DNA of 64,000 nt from an uncultured Gemmatimonadaceae bacterium (GTDB taxonomy: Bacteria; Gemmatimonadota; Gemmatimonadetes; Gemmatimonadales; Gemmatimonadaceae). Positions 19,219-29,925 of this stretch are shown here, one piece after another (within the stretch, counting starts at the first letter, position 1; each line of letters starts with the position of its first letter). The translations under genes were made by a program, and so were the position numbers. Under the pieces are notes generated by a model. The model was not told where the DNA came from and searched no databases. It was given only the letters and a program-made list of their open reading frames with translations. The stretch is from the NCBI GenBank assembly GCA_963829055.1, contig CAWHHI010000005.1:288001-352000 (forward strand), read 5' to 3'.

Positions 19219-22200
19219 ATGTTCTCACGCGTACTTTCCTCTCGCTCGGTCCGCTCGATCGCCATCCTCTCGTCGGTTCTCTCGTCCCCGCTCTTCGCGC
19301 AGGCCGGGACCATTGTCGGGAAGGTGACCGATGCGGCCACGCAGCGGCCCCTCGCTGATGTTCGACTCTCGGTTGCCGGCACCCAACTCTCGACGGTGAC
19401 GAACGCGCAGGGCGACTACCGCTTCGTCAACCTGCGGCCGGGCCCGACGACGGTTACCGCGTCTCGCCTCGGCTACAAGGCGGCGGGGGACACAGTGCGC
19501 CTCGCCGTGGGCCAGACCGACACTCTCAATTTCCGGCTGACGGCGTCGCTCGTCACTCTCTCCGAGCTCGTCATCACAGGAACGGCCGGCAACCAGGAGC
19601 GCCGAGCGCAGTCCGCGCAGGTCGCCTCGCTCAGCGCCGCGCAGATCTTGAAGGAGGCGCCGGTGAGCAACGTCGGCGAGTTGCTCCAGTCGCGCATCCC
19701 CAGTGTCGCCGTGAACTCGAACTCGGGTGTTGTCGGCTCGGCCAAGACGATCCGCATTCGTGGTGCGTCGTCGATCAACCTCTCCAACCAGCCGCTGCTC
19801 TACATCGACGGCGTGCGGATCAACGAGGGGCACCTCGACGGGAACGTGCAGGGCCAGGCGTATGACCGGATGAACGATCTCAACCCCGATGAGATCGAGA
19901 GCATCGAAGTGGTGAAGGGGCCCGCGGCTGCCACCCTGTACGGCGCCGACGCTTCGGCCGGCGTGATCCAGATCATCACGAAGAAGGGACGTCCGGGCGC
20001 CAACCGGTTCGTGCAGAGCGTGCGCCTCGAGGCTGGCCGCACCGACCAGGATTACATGCCATACGACAACTATGGCAACTGCACGGAAGCGCTCGTCGCC
20101 CCCACGAGCACCAATCCTCTCTGCCGCGGGCAGGCGGTCGGCACGCTGGTCCACGACAACCCGCTCAAACGCGCTGACATCTTCCGCATCGGCAACGACT
20201 TCTCGTTAGGTTGGAACGCCACCGGCGGCGGCCAGAACTACGGGTACAACCTCACGTTCGGCAAGGAGAGTGTGAACGGCACCCTGCCGAACAGCGGCCT
20301 GGACAAGCTCAACGCCCGCGTGAACTTCAACTTCGTTCCCGATCCCCGCCTAACGATCGATGCCGGGATTGGGCTCGTGCGGAACATGACGCAGCTGCCC
20401 AACCTGGACAACTCCGTCACCGGCTGGATCGCCGGAGGGATGCTCGGCTCCCCCCTGACGCGCACTGACCGGCCCGAAAACAGCAACGATGGTTGGTTCG
20501 GCTACAACCGCCAGTACAACGCGATCCGATCGGTCGACAACCGGTTGCGCACGAACCGGTCGATGCCGAGCCTGACGGCGAACTATGGGCCGGTGTCCTG
20601 GTTCACCAACCGGTTTGTGCTGGGCGCCGACATCGCGACCGACCGTCAGGACGAGTACTACCCGAAGAACGACAGCTCGTGGTACACACCTGCGCTGCAG
20701 AACTCGGGTCAGGCGACCGAGGCGGCCCGCACCGCCGAACGGTACACGTTGGACTACCTCGGCAACATCCGCCGCACGTTTGGAAAGGGGGACCAGTGGG
20801 AGGGCAACCTCTCCTTCGGGCTGCAGGCGGTGGCTACCAAGAACACGACCACCAACTCGCAGGGTGTCGGGTTCGTGACGAACTCCAACAATACGATCAC
20901 GTCCGCGGCAACGACCACCGGGGGTAGTCAGTTCACCGAGCAGACGCAGTACGGCTACCTCAGCCAGTTGCAGGTGGGCCTCAACAACCGTGCGTTCCTC
21001 CAGGTCGCGGTGCGCGTCGACAAGAACTCTGCGTTCGGTGAGACGGCGCCGGCGTTCGTGCTCCCCAAGGTGGGCGCCACATGGACGCTCTCCGAGGAAC
21101 CGTTCTTCGAGGGCCTGACGAAATACGTGAATACGCTGCGAGTGCGCGGCTCGTGGGGCACGACGGGCCGTTCGCCGGCCCCCGGCGCGGCACTCTCCAC
21201 GCTCATCGCCGCGCCGTACAACATCACGGGCACGACCGTCGCCGGGGCCAACCCCGGCAACCCTGGCAACGCGGACTTGAGACCGGAGCGCGGCACCGAG
21301 TTCGAGGCCGGCTTCGACGCGAGCTTCTGGAAGGACCGGGTCACCGCTGAGCTCACGTACTTCGACAAGAAGACGACCGACCTGATCATCGCCAGGCCAA
21401 TCCCGCCGTCGCTGGGCTTCAACACCAATCCGCTGGCGAACATTGGCGAGGTGATCAACCGAGGCATGGAGGCGGCGCTGAACGTGACCGCGGTCCAGAC
21501 CACGAACTTCAGCTGGGACATCCGCGGCGGCCTCAACACGCTGCATAACGAGTTGACGGACCTGGGCGGCGTCGCGCCGTTCTCGCCCAGCACCAACGGC
21601 CGCACCCGCGCAATGAAGGGAGAGCAGATCGGCGTGTACGTGTCGAAGAAGATCCTGTCGATCGACGATGCTTCGGGCGTAGTCACTGTCAGCGATACGC
21701 TCACGCCGATCGGTAACCTGTACCCGACGCTCGAGTGGAACCTCACGAACGGCGTCACGCTGATGAAGAACTTCCGGATTACCGGGTCGTTCGACGCGAA
21801 GAAGGACTTCGTCGTCGACAACCTGCGGGATTGGTACACCGAGACGCTGCTCATTCACAGCCAGCGACGTCTCGATCCGAACTACTTGTCGCGCCACGAG
21901 CGACTGCGCCGCTACGGCAACGACGCGCCGGGCAAGCCGGCCTTCGTAACGCAGAAAGGTCTCTCGGCCACGACGAGCGACGTCTACGAGGCCTTCGTTC
22001 AGCCGGGTGATTTCGTTCGATTCCGCGAGCTCTCGGCAACCTTCACGTTTCCGCAGAAGCTCGTGCGCAACCTGGGCGCCAGAGTGCAAAACGTGTCAGT
22101 CGCCTTCGCGATGCAGAACATCAAGCTCTGGACCGACTACGAGGGCCCCGATCCGGAAGTCATCGCCCAGAACGGGACCTTCGATCGGCAGGATTTCTTC

Positions 22201-22251
22201 TCGCTGCCGCAACCGAAGCGGGCTCTCCTTCGGTTGAACTTCACCTTCTGA
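19219..22251 (+). CDS. SusC/RagA family TonB-dependent outer-membrane receptor
   Basis: Carboxypeptidase-reg-like N-domain, plug motifs IRIRGASS and DLNPDEIESIEVVKGPAAATLYG, LRPERGTEFE, C-terminal Phe. RBS AAGGAG precedes the ATG at 19219. Confidence 0.95.
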   Translation: MFSRVLSSRSVRSIAILSSVLSSPLFAQAGTIVGKVTDAATQRPLADVRLSVAGTQLSTVTNAQGDYRFVNLRPGPTTVTASRLGYKAAGDTVRLAVGQTDTLNFRLTASLVTLSELVITGTAGNQERRAQSAQVASLSAAQILKEAPVSNVGELLQSRIPSVAVNSNSGVVGSAKTIRIRGASSINLSNQPLLYIDGVRINEGHLDGNVQGQAYDRMNDLNPDEIESIEVVKGPAAATLYGADASAGVIQIITKKGRPGANRFVQSVRLEAGRTDQDYMPYDNYGNCTEALVAPTSTNPLCRGQAVGTLVHDNPLKRADIFRIGNDFSLGWNATGGGQNYGYNLTFGKESVNGTLPNSGLDKLNARVNFNFVPDPRLTIDAGIGLVRNMTQLPNLDNSVTGWIAGGMLGSPLTRTDRPENSNDGWFGYNRQYNAIRSVDNRLRTNRSMPSLTANYGPVSWFTNRFVLGADIATDRQDEYYPKNDSSWYTPALQNSGQATEAARTAERYTLDYLGNIRRTFGKGDQWEGNLSFGLQAVATKNTTTNSQGVGFVTNSNNTITSAATTTGGSQFTEQTQYGYLSQLQVGLNNRAFLQVAVRVDKNSAFGETAPAFVLPKVGATWTLSEEPFFEGLTKYVNTLRVRGSWGTTGRSPAPGAALSTLIAAPYNITGTTVAGANPGNPGNADLRPERGTEFEAGFDASFWKDRVTAELTYFDKKTTDLIIARPIPPSLGFNTNPLANIGEVINRGMEAALNVTAVQTTNFSWDIRGGLNTLHNELTDLGGVAPFSPSTNGRTRAMKGEQIGVYVSKKILSIDDASGVVTVSDTLTPIGNLYPTLEWNLTNGVTLMKNFRITGSFDAKKDFVVDNLRDWYTETLLIHSQRRLDPNYLSRHERLRRYGNDAPGKPAFVTQKGLSATTSDVYEAFVQPGDFVRFRELSATFTFPQKLVRNLGARVQNVSVAFAMQNIKLWTDYEGPDPEVIAQNGTFDRQDFFSLPQPKRALLRLNFTF

Positions 22252-22267
22252 CCCGCCGAGGACCGTC

Positions 22268-23515
22268 ATGCGAACCATCCGACGCGCGGTCTCGCGCACG
22301 CTGATCGCCACGGCCTTCGTCGTGGGCGCTTCCGCCTGTTCCGACAAATTTCTCGAAGTCGACAACCCTAACGTCATCGACGCCTCCACGGTCGATCCGA
22401 AGGAGGCTGCTGCCACTCTCGCCGCCTCCACGGAGCAGAACTTCAAAACGGCGGTTGGCACGTTCATTCAGTTCAGCTCGCACTTCACCGGCGAGACCTA
22501 CATCATGGAGACCAGCGGAGCCCAGAACGAGTTCGGCCGCCGCGAGGTGTCCGAGCTGAACGGCCAGGCGTTGATCCAGTGGCGAGAGATGTCTCTGGCC
22601 GCGGCATCGGGCAAGCTGCTGCTGGACCTCACGCTGCCCGAGCCGACGACCAACATCAACATCGCGCGCGGCGCGACGTTCCGAGCCTACGCGATACTCT
22701 TTCTGGCGACCGATTTCTGCAGCGGTGCGCTCTCGTCGGGGCCCGAGCTCAACACCAACCAGATGCTCGACACGGCGATCGTCTGGTTCACCAAGGCGAT
22801 CGACGTGGGCAAGGCGAACGGCACCGCGACCGCGGTGAGCCTCGCCAATGCGTCGCTCGTCGGACGCGCTCGCGCGAAGCTGCAGAAGGGCGACAAGACC
22901 GGCGCGCTGGCCGATGCGAGTGCGGTGCCGGCGGGCTTTACCTTCATGATGACGTATCAGGACGACCTGGCGAATCGAACGCGCCTGTCGAACGCGCTCT
23001 GGCGCGGTACGGTCGACCGCAGTGTGATCAGCGTCCCGCCGTACTATCAAACCACCGATCCGCGCGTGACGTGGCTCCCGCCGGGCAAGCACCCGTACAA
23101 CGCGTGGGACGCGGCTGCGGGTCCGTACTTCATCCAGCAGAAGTACCCGGGGTACGCCTCGTCGATCCGGCTCGCCTCGAAGCTCGAGGCCGAGTACATC
23201 GCCGCCGAAGCGTCGGGCGACGTCACGGCGCAGCTCGCGCTGATCAACCGGCAACGTGCTGCCGCCCAGCTTCCGGCGTACAGCGGTCCCCAGGATGCCA
23301 CGAGCGTGCTCACGGAACTGTTCAACCAGAAAGGCTTCGACTTCTGGCTCGAGGGGAAGCGGCTGGCCGACTTCCGCCGCCAGCCGGTCGCCGCCGCGCG
23401 CTACGTGCCGGTCGCCGGAACTCCGTACTGGAGGCCGAACCTCGGGAATATTGGGGCGCAGACCTGCTATCCGATGCCGTTCGCCGAGCGCGACAACAAC
23501 CCGAACATTCCGTAG
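22268..23515 (+). CDS. SusD/RagB family outer-membrane lipoprotein
   Basis: Lipobox GASAC; WLEGKRLADFRR and PMPFAERDNNPN C-terminus; directly follows the SusC-like gene. Confidence 0.9.
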   Translation: MRTIRRAVSRTLIATAFVVGASACSDKFLEVDNPNVIDASTVDPKEAAATLAASTEQNFKTAVGTFIQFSSHFTGETYIMETSGAQNEFGRREVSELNGQALIQWREMSLAAASGKLLLDLTLPEPTTNINIARGATFRAYAILFLATDFCSGALSSGPELNTNQMLDTAIVWFTKAIDVGKANGTATAVSLANASLVGRARAKLQKGDKTGALADASAVPAGFTFMMTYQDDLANRTRLSNALWRGTVDRSVISVPPYYQTTDPRVTWLPPGKHPYNAWDAAAGPYFIQQKYPGYASSIRLASKLEAEYIAAEASGDVTAQLALINRQRAAAQLPAYSGPQDATSVLTELFNQKGFDFWLEGKRLADFRRQPVAAARYVPVAGTPYWRPNLGNIGAQTCYPMPFAERDNNPNIP

Positions 23516-23539
23516 TAACCCCGGCCACTTGGAGGCCCC

Positions 23540-25627
23540 GTGAACCACTCCCGAACGTCCTCGAGCGCGGCGTCCTGTCTCGTCCTTCTTTGCGCGGCGT
23601 CTGCACTCCCGGCGCAGCCGCAGCAGCCGCCGCTGTCGAACAAGATCGTGCTCGAGCAGTACCTAGACTGGGAGGAAGTCCAGGCTCCGCAGCTCTCGCC
23701 CGATGGGACCCAGATCCTGTTCACGCGCCGGTGGGTGGACAAGATGAATGACCGGTGGGAAACCAGCGTCTGGCAGATGAACGCCGACGGGTCTCATCCC
23801 CGGTTCCTGGTGCAGGGGTCTAACGTCCAATGGTCGCCCGATGGCAAGCGGATCGCCTACATCGCTAAAGGCGAGCCGACCGGATCGCAGATCTGGGTAC
23901 GGTGGATGGACGCCGAAGGCGCGGCGTCGCAGATCTCACACCTCACCGAAGCTCCGGCCGATCTCGAGTGGGCGCCCGATGGAAAGTCCATCGCGTTCAC
24001 GATGATGGTACCGGTGCCGCAGCAGGGGTTCAAGATCCCGATGCCCACGCCGCCGAAGGGCGCGAAGTGGATCGAGCCGCCGAAGATTGTCACGCAACTC
24101 ACCTTTCGAGCCGACCGGATCGGTTTCACCGACGAAGGATTCCGCCACATCTTCGTGATCCCGGCCGACGGGGGCATGCCACGGCAGATCACCAACGGCA
24201 ACTGGAGCCACAACTCGCCGAGCTTCTCGGCCGACGGCAAGTGGGTCGCGTTCTCTTCATACCGAGTCCCCGACGCGGAGCACGCGTTTGTCGGGCGCGG
24301 GCTCGAGACGGAGATCTATGTCGCGAGCACCGAGAATGGTGAGATCAAGCGGATCACGAACCATCCGGGCTCGGACGTCAATCCGACCTTCTCCCCGGAC
24401 GGTCGGTACATCGCTTTCATGTCCGCCGACTCGATCGACCATTCCGCGTGGCCTGACACGAAGCTCATGCTGATGAACGCCGACGGGTCCGGCCGTCGCG
24501 TGATCTCGGGCGCCCTCGACCGCCCGATGTCCGACGTACGCTGGGCCCACGATGCCAGCGGCGTTTATTTCAACGTCGCGAGTGAGGGCTCGCAGAACCT
24601 CTACTTCGCGTCGGTCGGCGGCCAGGTGCGGGCGGTGACTACCGGAACGCACATGCTCGCGGTCAGCGACATCAGCCGGAACGGCGTCGCCGTGGGCGTG
24701 CGCTCGACATCGCTCAAGCCTAACGACGTGGTGACGTTCACGATACCCAGGACGGGAACGGTGAGTACGTTCACGCAGGTCTCCGCCGTGAACGACGACG
24801 TGCTCGCCGGCAAGGCACTCGCGCAGACCGAGGAGGTGTGGTACACGTCGACGGACGGGCTCAAGATCCAGGGGTGGATTGTGAAGCCCGCTGATTTCGA
24901 CGCGCGGAAGAAGTACCCGCTCATTCTCGAGATCCATGGCGGGCCACAGTCGATGTTCAATGTTGGGTTCAACTACGCCCGCCAGCACCACGCGGCTAAC
25001 GGCTATGTGGTGTTGTACACGAACCCGCGCGGCAGCACCGGCTACGGCAACAAGTTCACGGACCTGATCAAGAACGCATACCCCGGCAAGGACTTCGATG
25101 ACCTGATGGCGGGCGTGGACACGGTGATCGGCCGCGGCTACATCGACACGAAGAACATGTTCGTCTACGGTTGCTCCGGCGGTGGTGTACTCACGGCGTG
25201 GGTGGTGGGCCACACGGACCGCTTCGCCGCAGCCGCTTCGCTCTGCCCGGTGATCAACTGGATAAGCTTTGTCGGCCAGACGGACGGGTCAGGCTGGTAT
25301 CAGACGTTCGACAAGCCGTTCTGGGAGGACCCGAGCGAGCACCTGCGCCGGTCGCCGATCATGTATGTGGGGCACGTGAAGACCCCGACGATCCTGATGA
25401 CGGGGATCCTCGACCTGCGCACGCCGATGCCTCAGTCCGAGGAGTTCTACCGCGCGCTCGCCCTTCGCGGCATCCCGACAGCGCTCATCCGATTCAACAA
25501 CGAGTACCACGGCACATCGAGCACGCCGTCGAACTATCTGCGCACGCAGCTCTATCTGCATAACTGGTTCGACAAGTACAGCACGAAGCCTGCGGCCCGC
25601 GCCACAACGTCGGGGGGCACGCCGTAG
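23540..25627 (+). CDS. S9 family peptidase (acylaminoacyl/dipeptidyl peptidase-like), secreted
   Basis: Beta-propeller, then IHGGP, NPRGSTGYG, GCSGGG nucleophile, DLRTP and EYHG. Confidence 0.93.
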   Translation: MNHSRTSSSAASCLVLLCAASALPAQPQQPPLSNKIVLEQYLDWEEVQAPQLSPDGTQILFTRRWVDKMNDRWETSVWQMNADGSHPRFLVQGSNVQWSPDGKRIAYIAKGEPTGSQIWVRWMDAEGAASQISHLTEAPADLEWAPDGKSIAFTMMVPVPQQGFKIPMPTPPKGAKWIEPPKIVTQLTFRADRIGFTDEGFRHIFVIPADGGMPRQITNGNWSHNSPSFSADGKWVAFSSYRVPDAEHAFVGRGLETEIYVASTENGEIKRITNHPGSDVNPTFSPDGRYIAFMSADSIDHSAWPDTKLMLMNADGSGRRVISGALDRPMSDVRWAHDASGVYFNVASEGSQNLYFASVGGQVRAVTTGTHMLAVSDISRNGVAVGVRSTSLKPNDVVTFTIPRTGTVSTFTQVSAVNDDVLAGKALAQTEEVWYTSTDGLKIQGWIVKPADFDARKKYPLILEIHGGPQSMFNVGFNYARQHHAANGYVVLYTNPRGSTGYGNKFTDLIKNAYPGKDFDDLMAGVDTVIGRGYIDTKNMFVYGCSGGGVLTAWVVGHTDRFAAAASLCPVINWISFVGQTDGSGWYQTFDKPFWEDPSEHLRRSPIMYVGHVKTPTILMTGILDLRTPMPQSEEFYRALALRGIPTALIRFNNEYHGTSSTPSNYLRTQLYLHNWFDKYSTKPAARATTSGGTP

Positions 25628-25868
25628 CACGGTAGCACGGGTACTCATGGCGAGATTCGAGCGCGGGCGTCTCGACGCGAAGCGGCTGCTGTCCGCCGTC
25701 GCCGAGCGCCCGCGTCTCACTAGTCGGCCGGCTTGGCTGGTTTCGCCGCCGCCGATCCATCGAAGTTGCGCGCGTTCTGCCTGGTGATCTCTCACCGGTT
25801 GGTTGAGTAGTGCTACGAGTGCCGGCTGGACACATGCACTGATCGAACATCCCCCACGCGCGAATTCA

Positions 25869-26090
25869 ATGACTCGGGCACTGCTGCTCCTGACGGCCGT
25901 GATGACCACGGCAAGCCTAACGACGTCACTCGGTGCTCAAGGTGACGACGTCATCCTCGTTCGTGGCGCGACGATCTACACCGCGACTGGTGCACCCATC
26001 AGCAAGGGCAGCGTCCTGATCCGAGCCGGCGACTAACGTGGCGCCGCCCGCAGGGGCCAGGATCGTCGAAGCAGCCGGTCATGGCTTAGA
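25869..26090 (+). pseudogene. N-terminal remnant of a secreted amidohydrolase
   Basis: Signal peptide + ILVRGATIYTATGAPISKGSVLIRAGD, stop, VAPPAGARIVEAAG; no continuation. Confidence 0.6.
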
Positions 26091-26228
26091 AGGGCGCGTC
26101 ACACACGTCCGTTGCTCGAGCCAGCCTGGAACTCGCCTACGACCACGCCGGCGATGGGTAGTGCGAGCGACGGCGTCCTGCGAAGATTGGATCTACAAAA
26201 TGCGTCTGAACCGCGAGGAGGGACCAAC

Positions 26229-27903
26229 ATGCGCGCGCGATTCCTGAGCACGGCCGTGATCGCGTTAGGCCTGGCCGCTCGTCAGGCACCGACTCAACAG
26301 CCCGCACCGACGCGGCGACCCGTCGCCCAGCCGGCCAGTTCCGACACCGCAAGCCCAACGCGAAGCCCGCGATGACCCGCGCGTCGCACCGAAGCGCCGC
26401 GAGGGTGAAGGCCCGTTCCCGCGACTCATCATCAGGGGCACGACGCTGATCGACGGCACCGGCGCTCCACCCCGCGGGCCCGTCGACATCGTGATCGAGA
26501 ACAATCGCATCACGAACATCGCGAGCGTCGGGTACCCCGGCGTGCGGATCGACACAGCGGGACGCCCGCGCAATGCCACGCGCGAGATCGACGGGACAGG
26601 CATGTACGTGCTGCCCGGACTGGTGGACCTCCACGTCCATCAGGGCACCAAGCAGAAGGCGCCGGAGTCCGAGTACTACAACAAGCTCTGGCTCGCTCAC
26701 GGTATCACGTCGGTGCGCGGCGTGCCGTTCGCGAGCTATGCCTATTCCATTGGCGAGAAGCGGCGGAGCGAGACGAACGAGATCACCGCACCGCGCTACT
26801 GGGTGTACCAGCGACCCGGCACCGGATGGCCGAAAGGCCAGGTCCAGAATCCGGAACAGGCGCGGGAGTGGGTTCGCTGGCTCGCGCAGAACGGAGGCGA
26901 CGGCATCAAGCTCGGCGCCGAGAGACCCGACATCATGGCGGCGCTGCTCGACGAGGCGAAGAAACTCGGTCTGGGCAGCACCGCCCATCTGCAGCAGACC
27001 GGCGTCGCCCAGATGAACGCCGACGAGGCAACGCGACTCGGCCTCCAGACCGTGACGCACTTCTACGGGCTGTTCGAGAGCATGTACGAGAACAACTCCG
27101 TGCAGCCGTGGCCCGTCGACATGAACTACAACAACGAGCAGGACCGCTTCAGCCAGGTGGCTCGGCAATGGTCGCTCGTAAAGCCGGGCGGCGAGAAGTG
27201 GAACGCGCTGCTCAACAAGTTCAAGGAACGCGACGTCACACTCGACCCGACCATGGTCGCGTACCTGACGGGGCGTGACATGTTCCATCACATGAACGCG
27301 CCGTGGCATCAGAAATACACACTCCCCACGCTCTGGGCGTACTACCAGCCGAACCGTACGAATCACGGATCGTACTGGTACTATTGGACCACCTGGGATG
27401 AGGTGGCGTGGCGCAACTTCTACCGGGTGTGGATGCAGTTCCTGAACGACTACAAGAACATGGGCGGGCGCGTCACGGCGAGCTCGGACGCCGGCTTCAT
27501 CTACAACACGCCCGGATTCTCCACGATCCAGGAGATGGAACTGCTGCAGGAAGCGGGCTTTCACCCGCTCGAGGTCATTCGCGGCGCCACGCTCCACGCG
27601 GCCGAGACGCTGTTCAAGCCGAAGGGCCGCGAGGTCGAGCTGGGTGTCGTTAGGCGGGGCGCACTGGCCGACATCCTGATCGTCGATCAGAATCCGGTCG
27701 CGAACCTGAAGGTTCTCTATGGCATCGGGGCCCTCAAGCTCAACGACGAGACGGGGAAGCCGGAATGGGTGGGAGGCGTGAAATACACGATCAAGGACGG
27801 AATCGTCTACGACGCGAAGCAGCTGCTCGCCGACGTGGCCGCCATGGTCGACGAGCAGCGTAAGAAGACGCCCGCGACGAACGAAGAAAGCGCGAAGCGT
27901 TAG
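26229..27903 (+). CDS. Amidohydrolase family protein, secreted (frameshift near 26350)
   Basis: MRARFLSTAVIALG signal; GEGPFPRLIIRGTTLIDGTG, VLPGLVDLHVH, SSDAG and ADILIVDQNP. Confidence 0.88.
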
Positions 27904-27908
27904 GGCCG

Positions 27909-29270
27909 GTGGATCGGCGTGCGTTCCTCAGGACGGGCGCTCTCACCCTCTCGAGCGCCGCGCTTGTCGCGTGCGGGCGCGATCTGCCGCTGGCGCCGCG
28001 AGGCCCGGACCGCGAAGGCCGGCGCCTCTTCTTCGCCAGCGGCATCGAGAACAGCTATCCGCTGCTCCCGAATGGGCGGCGCGTCGACGAGATGGAGAAG
28101 TGCGACCACTACCGCCGGTGGCGCGAGGACTTCGGCCTGGCGCGAGAGCTCGGCCTCGACGCGCTCCGGTATGGGCCGGCCTACTACCGAACCAATCCCG
28201 CGCCGGGGCGCTACGACTGGTCGAGCGTGGATGATCAGATGGCATGGCTGCGCTCATCCGGCATCACGGTGATCGCGGACCTCTGTCATTTCGGGGTACC
28301 CTCGTGGTTAGGCGGCTTCCAGGATGTCGCGTTCCCAGCGCAGTTCGCCGCGTACGCTCGCGAGTTCGCCCGACGCTATCCGTGGGTGCGCTACTACACG
28401 CCCATCAACGAGATCTACGTAGCAGCCACCTTCTCGGCCTGGTTCGGGTGGTGGAACGAGAGCCTAACGAGCGAGGGCGCGTTCGCGACCGCGCTGCGGA
28501 ACCTCTGCCTTGCCCACGAGCTCGCAGTGCTCGCGATTCTCGCGGAGCGGCCGGATGCGATCTTCGTGCAGGCCGAGTCGATCGAGCGCTACGAGCCGGC
28601 GGACGACAGCGCGGACGCGGCGCGTCAGGCAGCGTTCTGGAATGACGCGCGGTACGCCTCGCTCGACCTCACGCTCGGACGGCCGCCGTCACCCACCTCG
28701 ATCGATCTCCTTCGCCGAGGGGCGACGAGCGACAGCGACCTCGCGTTTTTCCGTGAGCGGCGTGCGATGGGACAGCGCTGGCTCGGTGTCGACTACTACG
28801 TGACGTGCGAGCAGGTCGTCTACGGCGACGGGAGGCGGGCGCCGGCGCCGCGGCGCACCGGGCTGGCCACGCTGGCGCGGGACTACCATCGTCGCTACGG
28901 GATCCCGCTCTTCGTGTCGGAGACCAACCGCGTCGACATGCTCGCCGTGGAATGGCTCGACGAGCAGTGGCGGGAGACACAGCTCCTGGATCGCGCGGGC
29001 GTCCCGGTGAACGGATTCACCTGGTATCCACTGACCGACGTGGTGGACTGGCGGCACGCGCTGCGCATCGAGCGGAATGACGTCGACCCGATCGGCCTCT
29101 GCGACCTCGGGCGCGCCGTGCGCCCGGTGGGAAGAGCCTACGCAGCGCTCATCGCGAGCGCCGAACCCGTGCTCGCTGTGCAACGCATTGACGATAGGAC
29201 CTCGCCTAACGCGAGCCGACTTGCGCCCGGCGGCACGGCGCCCGCCGCCGTCCCCTCTCGCTCCGGTTGA
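27909..29270 (+). CDS. Glycoside hydrolase family 1-like (beta-glucosidase) with Tat/lipoprotein signal
   Basis: DRRAFL...LVAC signal; DHYRRWREDF, DLCHFG, TPINE (acid/base) and VSETN (nucleophile). Confidence 0.85.
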   Translation: MDRRAFLRTGALTLSSAALVACGRDLPLAPRGPDREGRRLFFASGIENSYPLLPNGRRVDEMEKCDHYRRWREDFGLARELGLDALRYGPAYYRTNPAPGRYDWSSVDDQMAWLRSSGITVIADLCHFGVPSWLGGFQDVAFPAQFAAYAREFARRYPWVRYYTPINEIYVAATFSAWFGWWNESLTSEGAFATALRNLCLAHELAVLAILAERPDAIFVQAESIERYEPADDSADAARQAAFWNDARYASLDLTLGRPPSPTSIDLLRRGATSDSDLAFFRERRAMGQRWLGVDYYVTCEQVVYGDGRRAPAPRRTGLATLARDYHRRYGIPLFVSETNRVDMLAVEWLDEQWRETQLLDRAGVPVNGFTWYPLTDVVDWRHALRIERNDVDPIGLCDLGRAVRPVGRAYAALIASAEPVLAVQRIDDRTSPNASRLAPGGTAPAAVPSRSG

Positions 29271-29925
29271 TCCGCCTGGCGCAGGCAATCGGTGTTCAGC
29301 GACTCTGACTCGGCGGATGCGGTTGGGCTGCCCGGTTTGGGCAGCACTTGCAGCAGCGGCGTTGGCTTCACCGCAGTCGGCCCAACGAATGGCCGATCGT
29401 TGGCAAGGATCAGGACGATCGAGACGGCGATCGCCGTCGAGAACAGGCCTAACGCGATGCGCGCCGTCGCGCGACTGTCCGAGTGCACCATCGCGACGCC
29501 CACCAGCATGCAGACGGCCTGCAGGAGGAGCGCTGTCCACTTCACGCCGTTCACCTGCGTCTCGCTCACGAGAATCCGCTGTCGTCGCGCGTCCAGCGCA
29601 TTCTCCAGCGCCGACACGATTTCCCGCTGCGCGGCGACCTGCCCGGCCCCCTCCACCGGTGCGCCGAACGTGACCCGGAGCGCCTGGGCGAGCGCCATCG
29701 GGATCATCGCCAGCGTCACCTCGCGGCGCGCCATCGCGGGCCACTCCTGACGTTCCACTTGCTGGATGTGCTGGCGTATCAGATCGCGAAGCTGTCCCGC
29801 CGCATCCGCCGGGAGCGCCTCCGAGAGCAGAACCGCCGCGCGGAGCGACGATGCCTCTCGATTCACGGCGGCGTTCGCTCGCTCGACGTCGCCCCACGCC
29901 TGCGACGCCAGGAACGCGACGAGCG
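29138..29925 (-). pseudogene. C-terminal part of a DUF4239 (bestrophin-like) membrane protein, fused in frame to the upstream gene
   Basis: LVAFLASQAWGDVERANAAVNREASSLR...DARRQRI...DRPFVG; the first TM segment is missing. Confidence 0.7.

Noticed and set aside
20350..22089. Long antisense ORFs (e.g. 20350..22089, 26137..27597, 55617..56960)
   Set aside because: Shadow ORFs of high-GC genes on the opposite strand, Arg/Ala-rich and without motifs.
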